This document shows positions 14,576-23,384 of a DNA stretch of 29,747 nt, one piece after another. Position 1 is the stretch's first letter. Each line of letters opens with the position of its first letter. The notes beneath the pieces are model-generated. The model was given only the letters and a program-made list of their open reading frames with translations, was not told where the DNA came from and ran no database searches. A program made the translations under genes and the position numbers. The DNA is taken from the IMG/VR virus record IMGVR_UViG_3300046002_000449, positions 1 through 29,747 of that record. One strand, 5' to 3'. Source of the stretch: a virus. Lineage: Duplodnaviria > Caudoviricetes.

Positions 14576-17233
14576 ATGCCACTAAAGAAGTTAGTACTAA
14601 CACCCGGACTCAATCGCGAGGGAACCAATTATTCTAACGAAGGCGGTTGGTATGACGGTGATAAAATACGTTTTCGTTCTGGCAACCCTGAGAAAATAGG
14701 TGGATGGATCACGTTAGACGCACAAGGGGAAACCACTGCTTCATACTTAGGCACTGCACGATCTCTATGGAATTGGCTTGATTTTAGTGGGAGTAACTAT
14801 TTAGGTGTTGGTACTAACTTAAAATACTATATTGAACAGGGCGGTGCTTATAGTGATATTACTCCTATTAGAGCTACGTTTACTTCCCCAACTACCAATA
14901 ACTGTTTTACTACCACCGTAGGCTCAAAAGTTGTAAAAGTAACAATTACGGCCAACGGCGCTACTAATAATGACTTTGTTACTTTTTCTGGAGCTGCTAC
15001 TGTAGGTGGTGTACCTGCCGCGAGTTTAAATAAAGAGTTTCAGTTAACATATATAACCACTAGCACCTTTAGTATCCTTGTAGACACAGCTGCAACAAGC
15101 ACTGCAACGGGTGGTGGCACTGGAATAACCGCAGCTTTTCAAGTATCAACAGGGTTATCAAACTCCATTGTAGGCATTGGTTGGGGTGCAGGACCTTACG
15201 CTCAATATTCTCCAGCAACTCTTACAAACCCGTTTACAGCCACAGCTACAGGTATATCAGTCCTAACTGTTACTCAAACAGCTCACGGTTTAACCACTGG
15301 CAATTATGTTTATTTTGGTAGTATCGCAACAGACCCATGCGGGATTAATAAAAATGTTTTGCAAAAAGCTTTTCAGGTAACAGTTACAGGATTAAACACT
15401 TACACTATATCTACAGTAATAGATGGCCTTACCTATGCTACAACCTCAACTGCGGCATCTGGGGGTACAGTAATTGTAGATATGCCAGCAACTATACCAG
15501 CTAGAACTTGGGGTAGTGCGTACCTTAGTGGTGGCGGTATTACTGAACAATTAACGCTATGGAGTGCGGACAACTACGGGCAAGACCTTGTTTTAGCCCC
15601 GCGTGGTTCATCTATATATTATTGGAAAGATGCTACTGGAACATCTGTTAGAGCCTCGTTGCTATCTACCGTTGCTAATGCCACCACTGTATTAACTACT
15701 ACAGCGACATTTGCATCGGGTGTAACAACTATTACAGTAGCTTTGTCTACAGGGATTAGCGCAGGGGCTTTAATAACTGGGATTGGTATTCCCGTTGGTA
15801 CGTATGTAAGTTACTCATACCTTGGTGGTAATTCAGTACCCATCGCTGGTACAACAACGGCTATAAGTTCAGGTAGTTATACTTTCTCCTACGCAGGGGC
15901 TTTTGTACCCTTTGCTACTAATCAAGTAATGGCTTCTGCGTTACAACGGTTTGTAATTGCTTTTGGAGCTAATCCATATATCCCCGGAACTCCTTCGTCG
16001 ACGTTTGACCCTATGCTTGTACGATGGTCAGATCAAGGGGTGCCGTATGATTGGGTTCCTACGTTTATTAACCAGTCTGGAGAATTTAGACTTACACATG
16101 GTTCTTATATTGTAGCTGCTCAAGTTGCCCGTGTTGAAAATTTAGTATGGACAGATTCATGTCTGTATAGCATGCAGTATCTTGGCCCCCCATACGTTTA
16201 TAAGTTTGAAGTGTTAATGGATAATATCTCTATCATTTCTCCTAATGCAGCAGTAAGTGTAAATAACATTACCTATTGGATGGGTCTTGATAAGTTCTAT
16301 ATGTACAACGGTACAGTAAGCACGCTTCCTTGTAGTCTAAAACAGTATGTGTTTGAAGACCTTAATTCATCACAAGGGTACCAAATTTTTTCAGGTGGTA
16401 ACTCAGGTTACAATGAAGTATGGTGGTTTTATTGTTCTGAAGATACTGATCTTATTGACCGCTATGTTATTTATAACTATTTAGATCAGGTTTGGTATTC
16501 AGGCAACATGACTAGAACTGCTTGGATAGACTCTGGAATTAGACCTTATCCAATGGCTGCTAACTATATACCGTTATGTGGATTTACTGGAAGTATTACA
16601 GGTAACATACTGACAGTTGACACGGTTTATTACGGAACTATAACTGTAGGAAATATTATTACAGGATCACTGGTTGATACTAATACAACTATAATGTTGC
16701 AATTAACTGGCGATACAGGTGCAGCTGGAACCTATGAAGTTAATCACTATCAATTTATACCAACAACATCAATGCTTGTATCAAATCTAACTACAGGTCA
16801 TATTTTGTACCATGAGGCTTCGGTAGATGATAATGCAGCGGCTACAACAGTTCCTATAATTTCACATGTTCAGTCCTCTGACTTTGATATTGATGACGGG
16901 CAGTCGTTTGGCTTCGTGTGGCGTATGTTACCTGACGTAAACTTTAATGGCTCAAATGTCAATAACCCCTATGTAACTATGACTATTAAACCTAGGCAAA
17001 ATTCGGGTACTCCGTATGGTACAGCAGATGCGCCTTTAGTTACTAGTGCAGATAACTTTGCTCCACCGTACCCGCCTAACTCAAGCGTGTATGTAGTGCA
17101 AGAGTTTACAGGTCAGGTCTATACTCGCTTAAGAGGTCGTCAAATGAGCTTTAGGATTGAGTCTGATGCATTAGGTGTGGCTTGGCAGTTGGGTCACGTT
17201 AGATGGGACACACGTCCCGATGGACGCAGATAA
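14576..17233 (+). CDS. Tail hub / nozzle protein (P22 gp10- or tail tubular B-like) with inserted beta modules
   Basis: PGLNREGT.Y..EGGWYDGDKIRFR.G.PEKIGGW, DPMLVRWSDQ, LVWTD, YWMG..KFY.Y.G.V..LPC, EVWWFY, RTAW.D, RLRGRQ...RIES, and DGRR at the C-terminus. Confidence 0.75.
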   Translation: MPLKKLVLTPGLNREGTNYSNEGGWYDGDKIRFRSGNPEKIGGWITLDAQGETTASYLGTARSLWNWLDFSGSNYLGVGTNLKYYIEQGGAYSDITPIRATFTSPTTNNCFTTTVGSKVVKVTITANGATNNDFVTFSGAATVGGVPAASLNKEFQLTYITTSTFSILVDTAATSTATGGGTGITAAFQVSTGLSNSIVGIGWGAGPYAQYSPATLTNPFTATATGISVLTVTQTAHGLTTGNYVYFGSIATDPCGINKNVLQKAFQVTVTGLNTYTISTVIDGLTYATTSTAASGGTVIVDMPATIPARTWGSAYLSGGGITEQLTLWSADNYGQDLVLAPRGSSIYYWKDATGTSVRASLLSTVANATTVLTTTATFASGVTTITVALSTGISAGALITGIGIPVGTYVSYSYLGGNSVPIAGTTTAISSGSYTFSYAGAFVPFATNQVMASALQRFVIAFGANPYIPGTPSSTFDPMLVRWSDQGVPYDWVPTFINQSGEFRLTHGSYIVAAQVARVENLVWTDSCLYSMQYLGPPYVYKFEVLMDNISIISPNAAVSVNNITYWMGLDKFYMYNGTVSTLPCSLKQYVFEDLNSSQGYQIFSGGNSGYNEVWWFYCSEDTDLIDRYVIYNYLDQVWYSGNMTRTAWIDSGIRPYPMAANYIPLCGFTGSITGNILTVDTVYYGTITVGNIITGSLVDTNTTIMLQLTGDTGAAGTYEVNHYQFIPTTSMLVSNLTTGHILYHEASVDDNAAATTVPIISHVQSSDFDIDDGQSFGFVWRMLPDVNFNGSNVNNPYVTMTIKPRQNSGTPYGTADAPLVTSADNFAPPYPPNSSVYVVQEFTGQVYTRLRGRQMSFRIESDALGVAWQLGHVRWDTRPDGRR

Positions 17234-17235
17234 AC

Positions 17236-17264
17236 TTGCCATCAGTTTAAATGTCATTTATAAT
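17236..17264 (+). promoter_or_regulatory. Sigma70-like promoter for the third endonuclease
   Basis: TTGCCA-17 nt-TATAAT immediately after the tail gene stop codon. Confidence 0.7.
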
Positions 17265-17291
17265 AAACTCTTTATTAATTGGGGGTTTATT

Positions 17292-17930
17292 ATGGGTTTT
17301 AGAAAAGATAAAACAGGCATGGTGTTTGGTAGACTAACTGTATTAAATTATGCTGGAATGAGTATACACCATAAAAGTTTATGGCTATGTAATTGCGAAT
17401 GTGGGAATGCAGCCACTATAAATGCGTGTTCATTAATTAGTGGCAGTACGGTATCTTGTGGATGTTATTTAAAAGAAAGGATAACAAAACATGGCAGTTG
17501 TAAGAAGAGTTCATATAATACTTGGAAAAGTATGATTGCCAGATGCACGCATACACAAAATAAAGATTATCCTAAATACGGTGCCGTTGGAGTTACAGTA
17601 TGCCCAGAATGGTTAGAGTATTTAAATTTTGAAAAAGATATGGGTGAACCTGTTGGGGATGAAACTTTGGACAGAATTAACCCATACGGAAATTATACAA
17701 AAGAGAATTGTAGATGGGCAGGTGTCCAGACACAAAATAGAAATACTAGAGTTAGAGAAGGAAGTAAAACAGGTGTTATTGGGGTGTCAGTAACACACAA
17801 TAATAAATATACGGCAAAAATAACACATATGAAAAAATCATACTACTCAAAAGTCTACCCTACTATTGAAGAGGCTGCTCAAGCGCGTAAAGATTTAGAG
17901 TTAAAATATTGGGGTATTAAGTATGGCTAA
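17292..17930 (+). CDS. HNH-type homing endonuclease with AP2-like C-terminal DNA-binding domain
   Basis: G..FGRLTV...WLC.CECG...SCGC...HG, YNTW.SM..RC, YG..GV.VCPEW, TLDRINP.GNY..ENCRWA...Q.RN, and SKTGVIGV...EEAAQAR. The likely start is ATG 17292 after GGGGG. Confidence 0.85.
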   Translation: MGFRKDKTGMVFGRLTVLNYAGMSIHHKSLWLCNCECGNAATINACSLISGSTVSCGCYLKERITKHGSCKKSSYNTWKSMIARCTHTQNKDYPKYGAVGVTVCPEWLEYLNFEKDMGEPVGDETLDRINPYGNYTKENCRWAGVQTQNRNTRVREGSKTGVIGVSVTHNNKYTAKITHMKKSYYSKVYPTIEEAAQARKDLELKYWGIKYG

Positions 17931-18585
17931 CATAAACGTAAACCTAGTAAGACCCTCTAAGGCGCCTAGCTTACCTGTAGCTCCTGCTGTATATAACCAA
18001 CAGGCTGAAGACAAGTATAGTAATATTTTGCGCCTGTACTTTAATACTATAGATAACATTACATCTGCTATTTTAGGTGTTATAGGTATGACGTCTTTCA
18101 GTGCACCTTATGGGTCTTTTATAGATACATCTACAGTAGTAGCGGTCCCTAACGTGGCTGCAACTGTATTACTTGATGGCACAAACTTAAACTCAAGCCA
18201 AGTCTATATAGGTACACCTACATCACGTATTTATATAACTAATGCTGGAGTATACAACTACCAGTACAGTTTACAGATAGCTAACATAGCTAACGCCATA
18301 TATCCTGTGACTGTTTGGATACGCCAGAATGGAGTAGATGTGCCCGATTCGTCAAGTGTATTTACTACAGTAGACAGAGGTAGTGCAGGGGTACATTCTG
18401 AAGTTATCTTAGCTATCAACTATCTTATTCCTGTACAAGCAGGGGACTATATTGAGCTTGTATGGTTAACTACTTCTACTAACGTATCACTTTCTACAGT
18501 CCCTGCGCGTGTAACGGCCCCTATATATCCGCAAGCACCTGCGGTTATTATAACAGTAACATTTGTATCTGCACTCCCAGCGTGA
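17923..18585 (+). CDS. Putative tail-associated structural protein
   Basis: PSLPVAP..Y.......NILRLYFN N-terminus, and a C1q/BclA-like beta domain (AGVYNYQYSLQ..VWIRQNG.DVPDS..AGDYIEL.W). Confidence 0.6.
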   Translation: MANINVNLVRPSKAPSLPVAPAVYNQQAEDKYSNILRLYFNTIDNITSAILGVIGMTSFSAPYGSFIDTSTVVAVPNVAATVLLDGTNLNSSQVYIGTPTSRIYITNAGVYNYQYSLQIANIANAIYPVTVWIRQNGVDVPDSSSVFTTVDRGSAGVHSEVILAINYLIPVQAGDYIELVWLTTSTNVSLSTVPARVTAPIYPQAPAVIITVTFVSALPA

Positions 18586-18617
18586 TAAACTCTTGAAAAC
18601 AATACATAAGGGTTAAT

Positions 18618-19040
18618 ATGAGCAACTTGGCGGAACTAGGCACTATGCCTGAAATACTGCGTATTGAGAAAGAAATATTAACCATGCCGCAAGTTGCACT
18701 TCCTGTTGAACATTACCAAGTTGATGGTGTTTATGTACGGAGTATGTTTATACCTGCAGGGACTATATTAACAGGGAAGATACACAATTTTGAAAACATA
18801 GCTATCCTAGCACAGGGTATTATTCGAGTATCTAACGGTACTGATTCTTATATCTTATCTGCTCCACATATTATGGTAGACAAACCCGGCGTTAAACGCA
18901 TTGGGTATGCAGAGACAGATGTAACATTCATCACCGTACATAAGACAGCCAACACAGAGATTGATGACATAGAGAAAGAACTTGTCTCTGCTACCTTTGA
19001 AGAATATGAACAGCAACTACTGTTAGGAGAATTACTATGA
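18618..19040 (+). CDS. Cupin-fold protein
   Basis: H....GVYVR.MFIPAG..LTGKIH, and PGVKR.GYA.TD..FITVH. Confidence 0.65.
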   Translation: MSNLAELGTMPEILRIEKEILTMPQVALPVEHYQVDGVYVRSMFIPAGTILTGKIHNFENIAILAQGIIRVSNGTDSYILSAPHIMVDKPGVKRIGYAETDVTFITVHKTANTEIDDIEKELVSATFEEYEQQLLLGELL

Positions 19041-20587
19041 GTTTTGTCAGTGTTGCCACACAGATGGCAATCCAAGCGGCAATCCAAGCTGCACAAGGTA
19101 AAAGTAGAGACGAAATAGGACGTTCTGCTGCTAAATCAGCTATAAGTGGAGTAATAGGAGGCGCTGTTGGTGGTGGACTTGGCGGCGGAACTTTAGGAGA
19201 AGGTATAGGTGGAAGCATAGGAGGCACTGTTGCTAATGCCGCTTTTGGCGAGTCTCCACTTGAAGGGGCCCTATACGGAGGTGCAGCTGGAGCAATGCGA
19301 GGGTATGCTAGGGCACCTGCGGATGTAAAGGGTATGCCATCAACTCTTAATGAGTTTGGTACTAATTTCACGGGGTCTTTACCTGCTAATCCTTTTTCTG
19401 AAGCTGGTAGAGCAGGTATTGCTAAAGCCAATGCTGGGTATACTGATAGGTTTGATATTACTAACCCCAAGACTTATATGCCAACAACTTCACAAGGCGG
19501 TGTAGATCGTGTTAATACTGCTTTAGACAGAACTGTTGCAGCTACAAAAGGTTTAGATACAGCAGACCCTTTAGGAGCCTCGCAAATTGAAAGTAGAGCT
19601 GCACAAGAAGGACTAGCCGCAGCGCGTGGAATTCCTATTACCCAAACACCTTCTATACTAACCCCAACACCAACAGCACAGACTACAGGGGACTTTATTA
19701 AGGACAATTACGGTAAATTAGCAACTGCAGGGTTAGTTGGGGCGGGTGGTGCTTATCTACTTGGTTCAAATGGTAATAGTTCAGCTCCTACCATTCAAAC
19801 TCAACTTCAACCTGCAATGTATAACCCAACAGTGCCTAATAAAAGAGATATTACTAAAACTTATGTACCTAGATATGCTTATGCTAAAGGGGGGATAATA
19901 GGCCCTGATGGAACTGTACAAAATACTCCAGAAGAGGCTAAACCTTTAAACCCCTTTGTACAAATGGGCGTAGACCAAGCAAAACAACAAGGCGTACCAC
20001 AACAGTCACCATTACAGCAAGGTGTACCCCAGCAGCGCCCATTGCAACAAGGCGTACCTCAACAAGCCCTTCAACAAGCTCCTCAAGGGTATGCAAACGG
20101 AGGAAGTTTGAATGAGCAGTCTAATGGTAGTGATGCTTTTATGGACCAAGTAAGAGCTCAAATGGGTATGGGGCTACAGGGACCGCCTGTTCAACCAGCG
20201 CCTTCAGTATTACAACAATCCCCCGTTCCAGTAGCTCCAGCCATGCAACAAGCACCACAAGCAGCTGCAAATGGTGGTATTATGAGAGATAATCTTGGTG
20301 GATATTCTCACGGAGGTATTGCAGGTTTAACTAGGGGTCCCGGTGATGGTGTATCTGACAGCATCCCTGCTGAAATAGGTAATAGTGGTAAACAACCTGC
20401 TAGACTTGCTGATGGAGAGTTTGTTATCCCTGCACGTATTGTGTCTGAACTAGGTAATGGTTCTACTGAAGCTGGGGCAAAAGCCCTACAAGCAATGGTA
20501 GATAGAGTACAAGCACGTAGAGGCAAGACTGTAGGTAAAGGTAAAGTTGCTGTTAACTCTAAAGCCCGTAAAGGTCTCCCTGCATGA
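19037..20587 (+). CDS. Putative internal virion / ejection protein
   Basis: Gly/Ala-rich N-terminus, Gln/Pro-rich linker, several xxGG motifs, and a C-terminal GPGDG.SDSIPA...RLADGEFVIPA..VS.LGNGS..AGA domain. Confidence 0.65.
   Translation: MSFVSVATQMAIQAAIQAAQGKSRDEIGRSAAKSAISGVIGGAVGGGLGGGTLGEGIGGSIGGTVANAAFGESPLEGALYGGAAGAMRGYARAPADVKGMPSTLNEFGTNFTGSLPANPFSEAGRAGIAKANAGYTDRFDITNPKTYMPTTSQGGVDRVNTALDRTVAATKGLDTADPLGASQIESRAAQEGLAAARGIPITQTPSILTPTPTAQTTGDFIKDNYGKLATAGLVGAGGAYLLGSNGNSSAPTIQTQLQPAMYNPTVPNKRDITKTYVPRYAYAKGGIIGPDGTVQNTPEEAKPLNPFVQMGVDQAKQQGVPQQSPLQQGVPQQRPLQQGVPQQALQQAPQGYANGGSLNEQSNGSDAFMDQVRAQMGMGLQGPPVQPAPSVLQQSPVPVAPAMQQAPQAAANGGIMRDNLGGYSHGGIAGLTRGPGDGVSDSIPAEIGNSGKQPARLADGEFVIPARIVSELGNGSTEAGAKALQAMVDRVQARRGKTVGKGKVAVNSKARKGLPA
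19985..20065 (+). repeat. 30-bp imperfect coding repeat x3 (QQGVPQQxPL)
   Basis: Units start at 19985, 20015 and 20045. Confidence 0.8.
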
Positions 20588-21006
20588 CAGTACAAATGCA
20601 ATACGTAGACCCTAACTATATACACCAAGTATGGCCTTTTGTTGAGCCGTGGTTAGCTCCTGTATTTAAAAAAAGTACTTTGTCTAAATACTATTCTATA
20701 GAAAACTTAAAAGAATATATTATACGTGGAGATCAAGTATTGCTTGTAGGGATTAAGAACGATGTTATACAAGGAGCTGTAACAATACAGTGGGGTAATT
20801 ATCCCATTGCTAGAGTAGCTTATATAACAGCCTTTGGTGCATATGCCGGAGAAGAAATAGCACAGTATGAAATTTTTATAAGTTGGTTAAAAGCTATGGG
20901 CGCAACACGAGTAGAGTGTTCGGCTAGACCCTCTGTAGCACGATTATTAAAAAACAAGATGGGTTTTACCCCTAGTAACCAAATTAGTCTGGAGTTAGTA
21001 TTATGA
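20584..21006 (+). CDS. GNAT-fold-like protein (position analogous to T7 gp13 / P22 gp14)
   Basis: VWP.V...L, GAVT.....YP..RVAYITA.G, and GATRVEC.AR.SVARL....GF. Confidence 0.5.
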   Translation: MTVQMQYVDPNYIHQVWPFVEPWLAPVFKKSTLSKYYSIENLKEYIIRGDQVLLVGIKNDVIQGAVTIQWGNYPIARVAYITAFGAYAGEEIAQYEIFISWLKAMGATRVECSARPSVARLLKNKMGFTPSNQISLELVL

Positions 21007-23384
21007 TATTTAAACCAAGTAGCCTTCACAAATTCTTTTTTACCTATATTTGCCCTAGGTTTTATGGCGATGCGCCTAAAATGCCGTCTCAACCTACTAC
21101 TACTACACAAAACGTAAATACTATCCCCGGCGAGTTAATGCCGTACTATACAAAAATGCTTAATAGTGCGCAAGACTTAACACAGGAGAGTTATAAACCC
21201 TATAGCACTAATTCGCAAGACTATGTAGCCCCTTTTAGTAAGTTGCAAACACAAGCTCAACAAGGCGCTGCTAATTTAAAAGTTCCCGGGCAATATGCTC
21301 CTGCATCACAGATGGCTGGGTTAAGTGGGTTAGGGTCTATGATGGCGGGGCAAAACTACGCTAATCAAGCAACTGATCCAAATGCTGTAGGGAAGTATAT
21401 GAACCCCTATTTAAAACAGTCATTAGACCCACAGCTACAATTATTTAACCAACAGTTTGGTATACAAGGGGCACAACAACAAGGTGCAGCTACGCAAGCC
21501 GGAGCCTTTGGTGGAAGCCGTGAAGCATTAAGCAGTGCGATGGTAAACCAAAACCAAACTTTGGGTCAGCAGAAAATGATTTCTGAAGGGTATAACCAAG
21601 CCTTCAACCAAGCTCAAAATGCACAACAATTTGGTGCTAACTTAGGGCTACAAGGGTATGGTCAGGGTATTCAAGCTGCAGGTCAACTAGGTCAACTAGG
21701 TCAACAACAACTAGCTGCGCAACAAGGAATATTAAGTACTCAGTCACAAATGGGTGGACAACAACAGTCACAACAACAAAGGATGATTGACCAAGCTATA
21801 CTTAACTATCAAAATGCACAACAATACCCATACATGCAGTTAGGCTTTATGTCTGACCTTCTACATGGTACCCAAACAGGTAATACTACGCAAACTCAGT
21901 ACCAAGCTCAACCGAGTACAGGAAGTCAAATGGGTGGTCTATTAGCTGGTGGATTGGGTGCTTACATGGCTGCAAAAGCCGAAGGCGGTGTTATTGAGGA
22001 TAAAGGTTATAAGGCTGGTGGCATTGTTGGGTATAAAGATAGAGGGTATGTTGAAGAGAGCATGCTTAGTAAACTAGAAGATTTAGATAAACCCCGCCTA
22101 GAAGGTATTATTCAAAAGAATGAAAGTCCTGAAATGACTGGGTTAGCTAAAGAAGTCTACGCTACTAAACTAGCTACAGGCGGTATTGTTGCGTTTGCTA
22201 ATAAAGAAGAAGCAGTAAAAGAAAAGAAAAACCCACTAGCTAAACGCCCAGATAAAATATCTGGGATTAAATATAATGCAAAAGATGTAGATAAAGACCC
22301 TATTATAGCAAAGGATGAACTTAGGGCAGAATCGCCTTTAGTAATAGCAGATGCAGCACCTATTACACCTGAACAAGCGGCAACATTGGGGCCTATGAGT
22401 AAAGAGGAGTCCCTAAAAAATATGGCGCTAAACCAAGCTGAAGGGTTTGTACCTCCAGTAGCAACTTCTGGGATACCTATAGTACAAGAACCGTCTGTGG
22501 CAAAAGAACCAGCACCGATAGATATGCAGGGTATCTTATCCTCACAGAAAGAAAATGTAGCTGCAGCTGAGAAAGAAGCTGCTAAAGGGATTGAGGAACG
22601 AGTAAAAGAACGTAGTGACATTAAAGAAAAATTATTAGGCAAGGATACTGAAACTGCTGAATATCGCAAGTCTATTATGGATGAAAAAGCTAATGCTCCT
22701 GATGAAGCTAGAAGACAATTAGGTATGCGTCTTATGCAGTTTGGTGCTAATTGGGCTTCAACTCCGGGTGCTCCATTGATTGCTGGTATGAAAGCATTAA
22801 AAGATACACTGCCAGATGTTATGGAAGATACTAAAGAAAGTAAAAATATGATGAAAGATTTAGATAAGTCAGTCTACCTACTTAATCATTCTGAACGCCT
22901 TGATGCTGAAGGTAGAATAGATGCTGCTGCTAAAGCAAGAGAGGATGCTTCTAAACTAGTTATGGAGCACAAACAACTACTTGTTACTTATGGTTTAAAG
23001 GTAGCTGAGGTACAAGAAAAATCTAAACAAGCTGGACTAGATAGAGCTAATGAATTAGAAAAAGCTAGAATAAATGAATCAGGTGCAGGTGGTGCAGGGG
23101 GGTATTCAGCTAACCAGCAAAGACAAGCTATAGAAGCTCAAGTTAAAGATATTAATGCGTATTTAGCTAATCCATTAAATTCTCCTGCAGCAAATAAAAG
23201 TAATCCTGAAAAATTAAAAGAAATACAAGCATATAAAAATAGGCAAATACAATTATATAATAGCCTTCAAGAAATAACTCCGGGGTTACATGGTATAGAC
23301 TATGGTCCATCAACGGGCGGTGGTGAAAGTGGATTACCAAGCCTTAATGATATAAATGCAGAATTAGCTAAGAGATTAAAATAA
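21003..23384 (+). CDS. Putative DNA ejection (pilot) protein
   Basis: Gln/Gly/Ala-rich N-half (YMNPY, AGAFGGSR, QQYPY.QL) and a charged helical C-half. Contains xxGG motifs. Confidence 0.7.
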   Translation: MIFKPSSLHKFFFTYICPRFYGDAPKMPSQPTTTTQNVNTIPGELMPYYTKMLNSAQDLTQESYKPYSTNSQDYVAPFSKLQTQAQQGAANLKVPGQYAPASQMAGLSGLGSMMAGQNYANQATDPNAVGKYMNPYLKQSLDPQLQLFNQQFGIQGAQQQGAATQAGAFGGSREALSSAMVNQNQTLGQQKMISEGYNQAFNQAQNAQQFGANLGLQGYGQGIQAAGQLGQLGQQQLAAQQGILSTQSQMGGQQQSQQQRMIDQAILNYQNAQQYPYMQLGFMSDLLHGTQTGNTTQTQYQAQPSTGSQMGGLLAGGLGAYMAAKAEGGVIEDKGYKAGGIVGYKDRGYVEESMLSKLEDLDKPRLEGIIQKNESPEMTGLAKEVYATKLATGGIVAFANKEEAVKEKKNPLAKRPDKISGIKYNAKDVDKDPIIAKDELRAESPLVIADAAPITPEQAATLGPMSKEESLKNMALNQAEGFVPPVATSGIPIVQEPSVAKEPAPIDMQGILSSQKENVAAAEKEAAKGIEERVKERSDIKEKLLGKDTETAEYRKSIMDEKANAPDEARRQLGMRLMQFGANWASTPGAPLIAGMKALKDTLPDVMEDTKESKNMMKDLDKSVYLLNHSERLDAEGRIDAAAKAREDASKLVMEHKQLLVTYGLKVAEVQEKSKQAGLDRANELEKARINESGAGGAGGYSANQQRQAIEAQVKDINAYLANPLNSPAANKSNPEKLKEIQAYKNRQIQLYNSLQEITPGLHGIDYGPSTGGGESGLPSLNDINAELAKRLK

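Larger units (their letters stand above)
13718..14605. mobile_element. Homing endonuclease insertion bounded by 40-bp direct repeats
   Basis: 13718-13757 and 14566-14605 both read AGGATAGACTATGCCA(T/C)TAAAGAAGTTAGTACTAACACCC, 39/40 identical. Confidence 0.8.

Noticed and set aside
13804-14585. Plus-strand ORFs 13804-14289 and 14286-14585
   Set aside because: These are antisense shadows of the GIY-YIG gene and its AT-rich spacer, with no SD or recognisable motifs.
21681-21707. GGTCAACTA x3 microrepeat
   Set aside because: Ordinary GQL low-complexity coding sequence in a Gln-rich protein.
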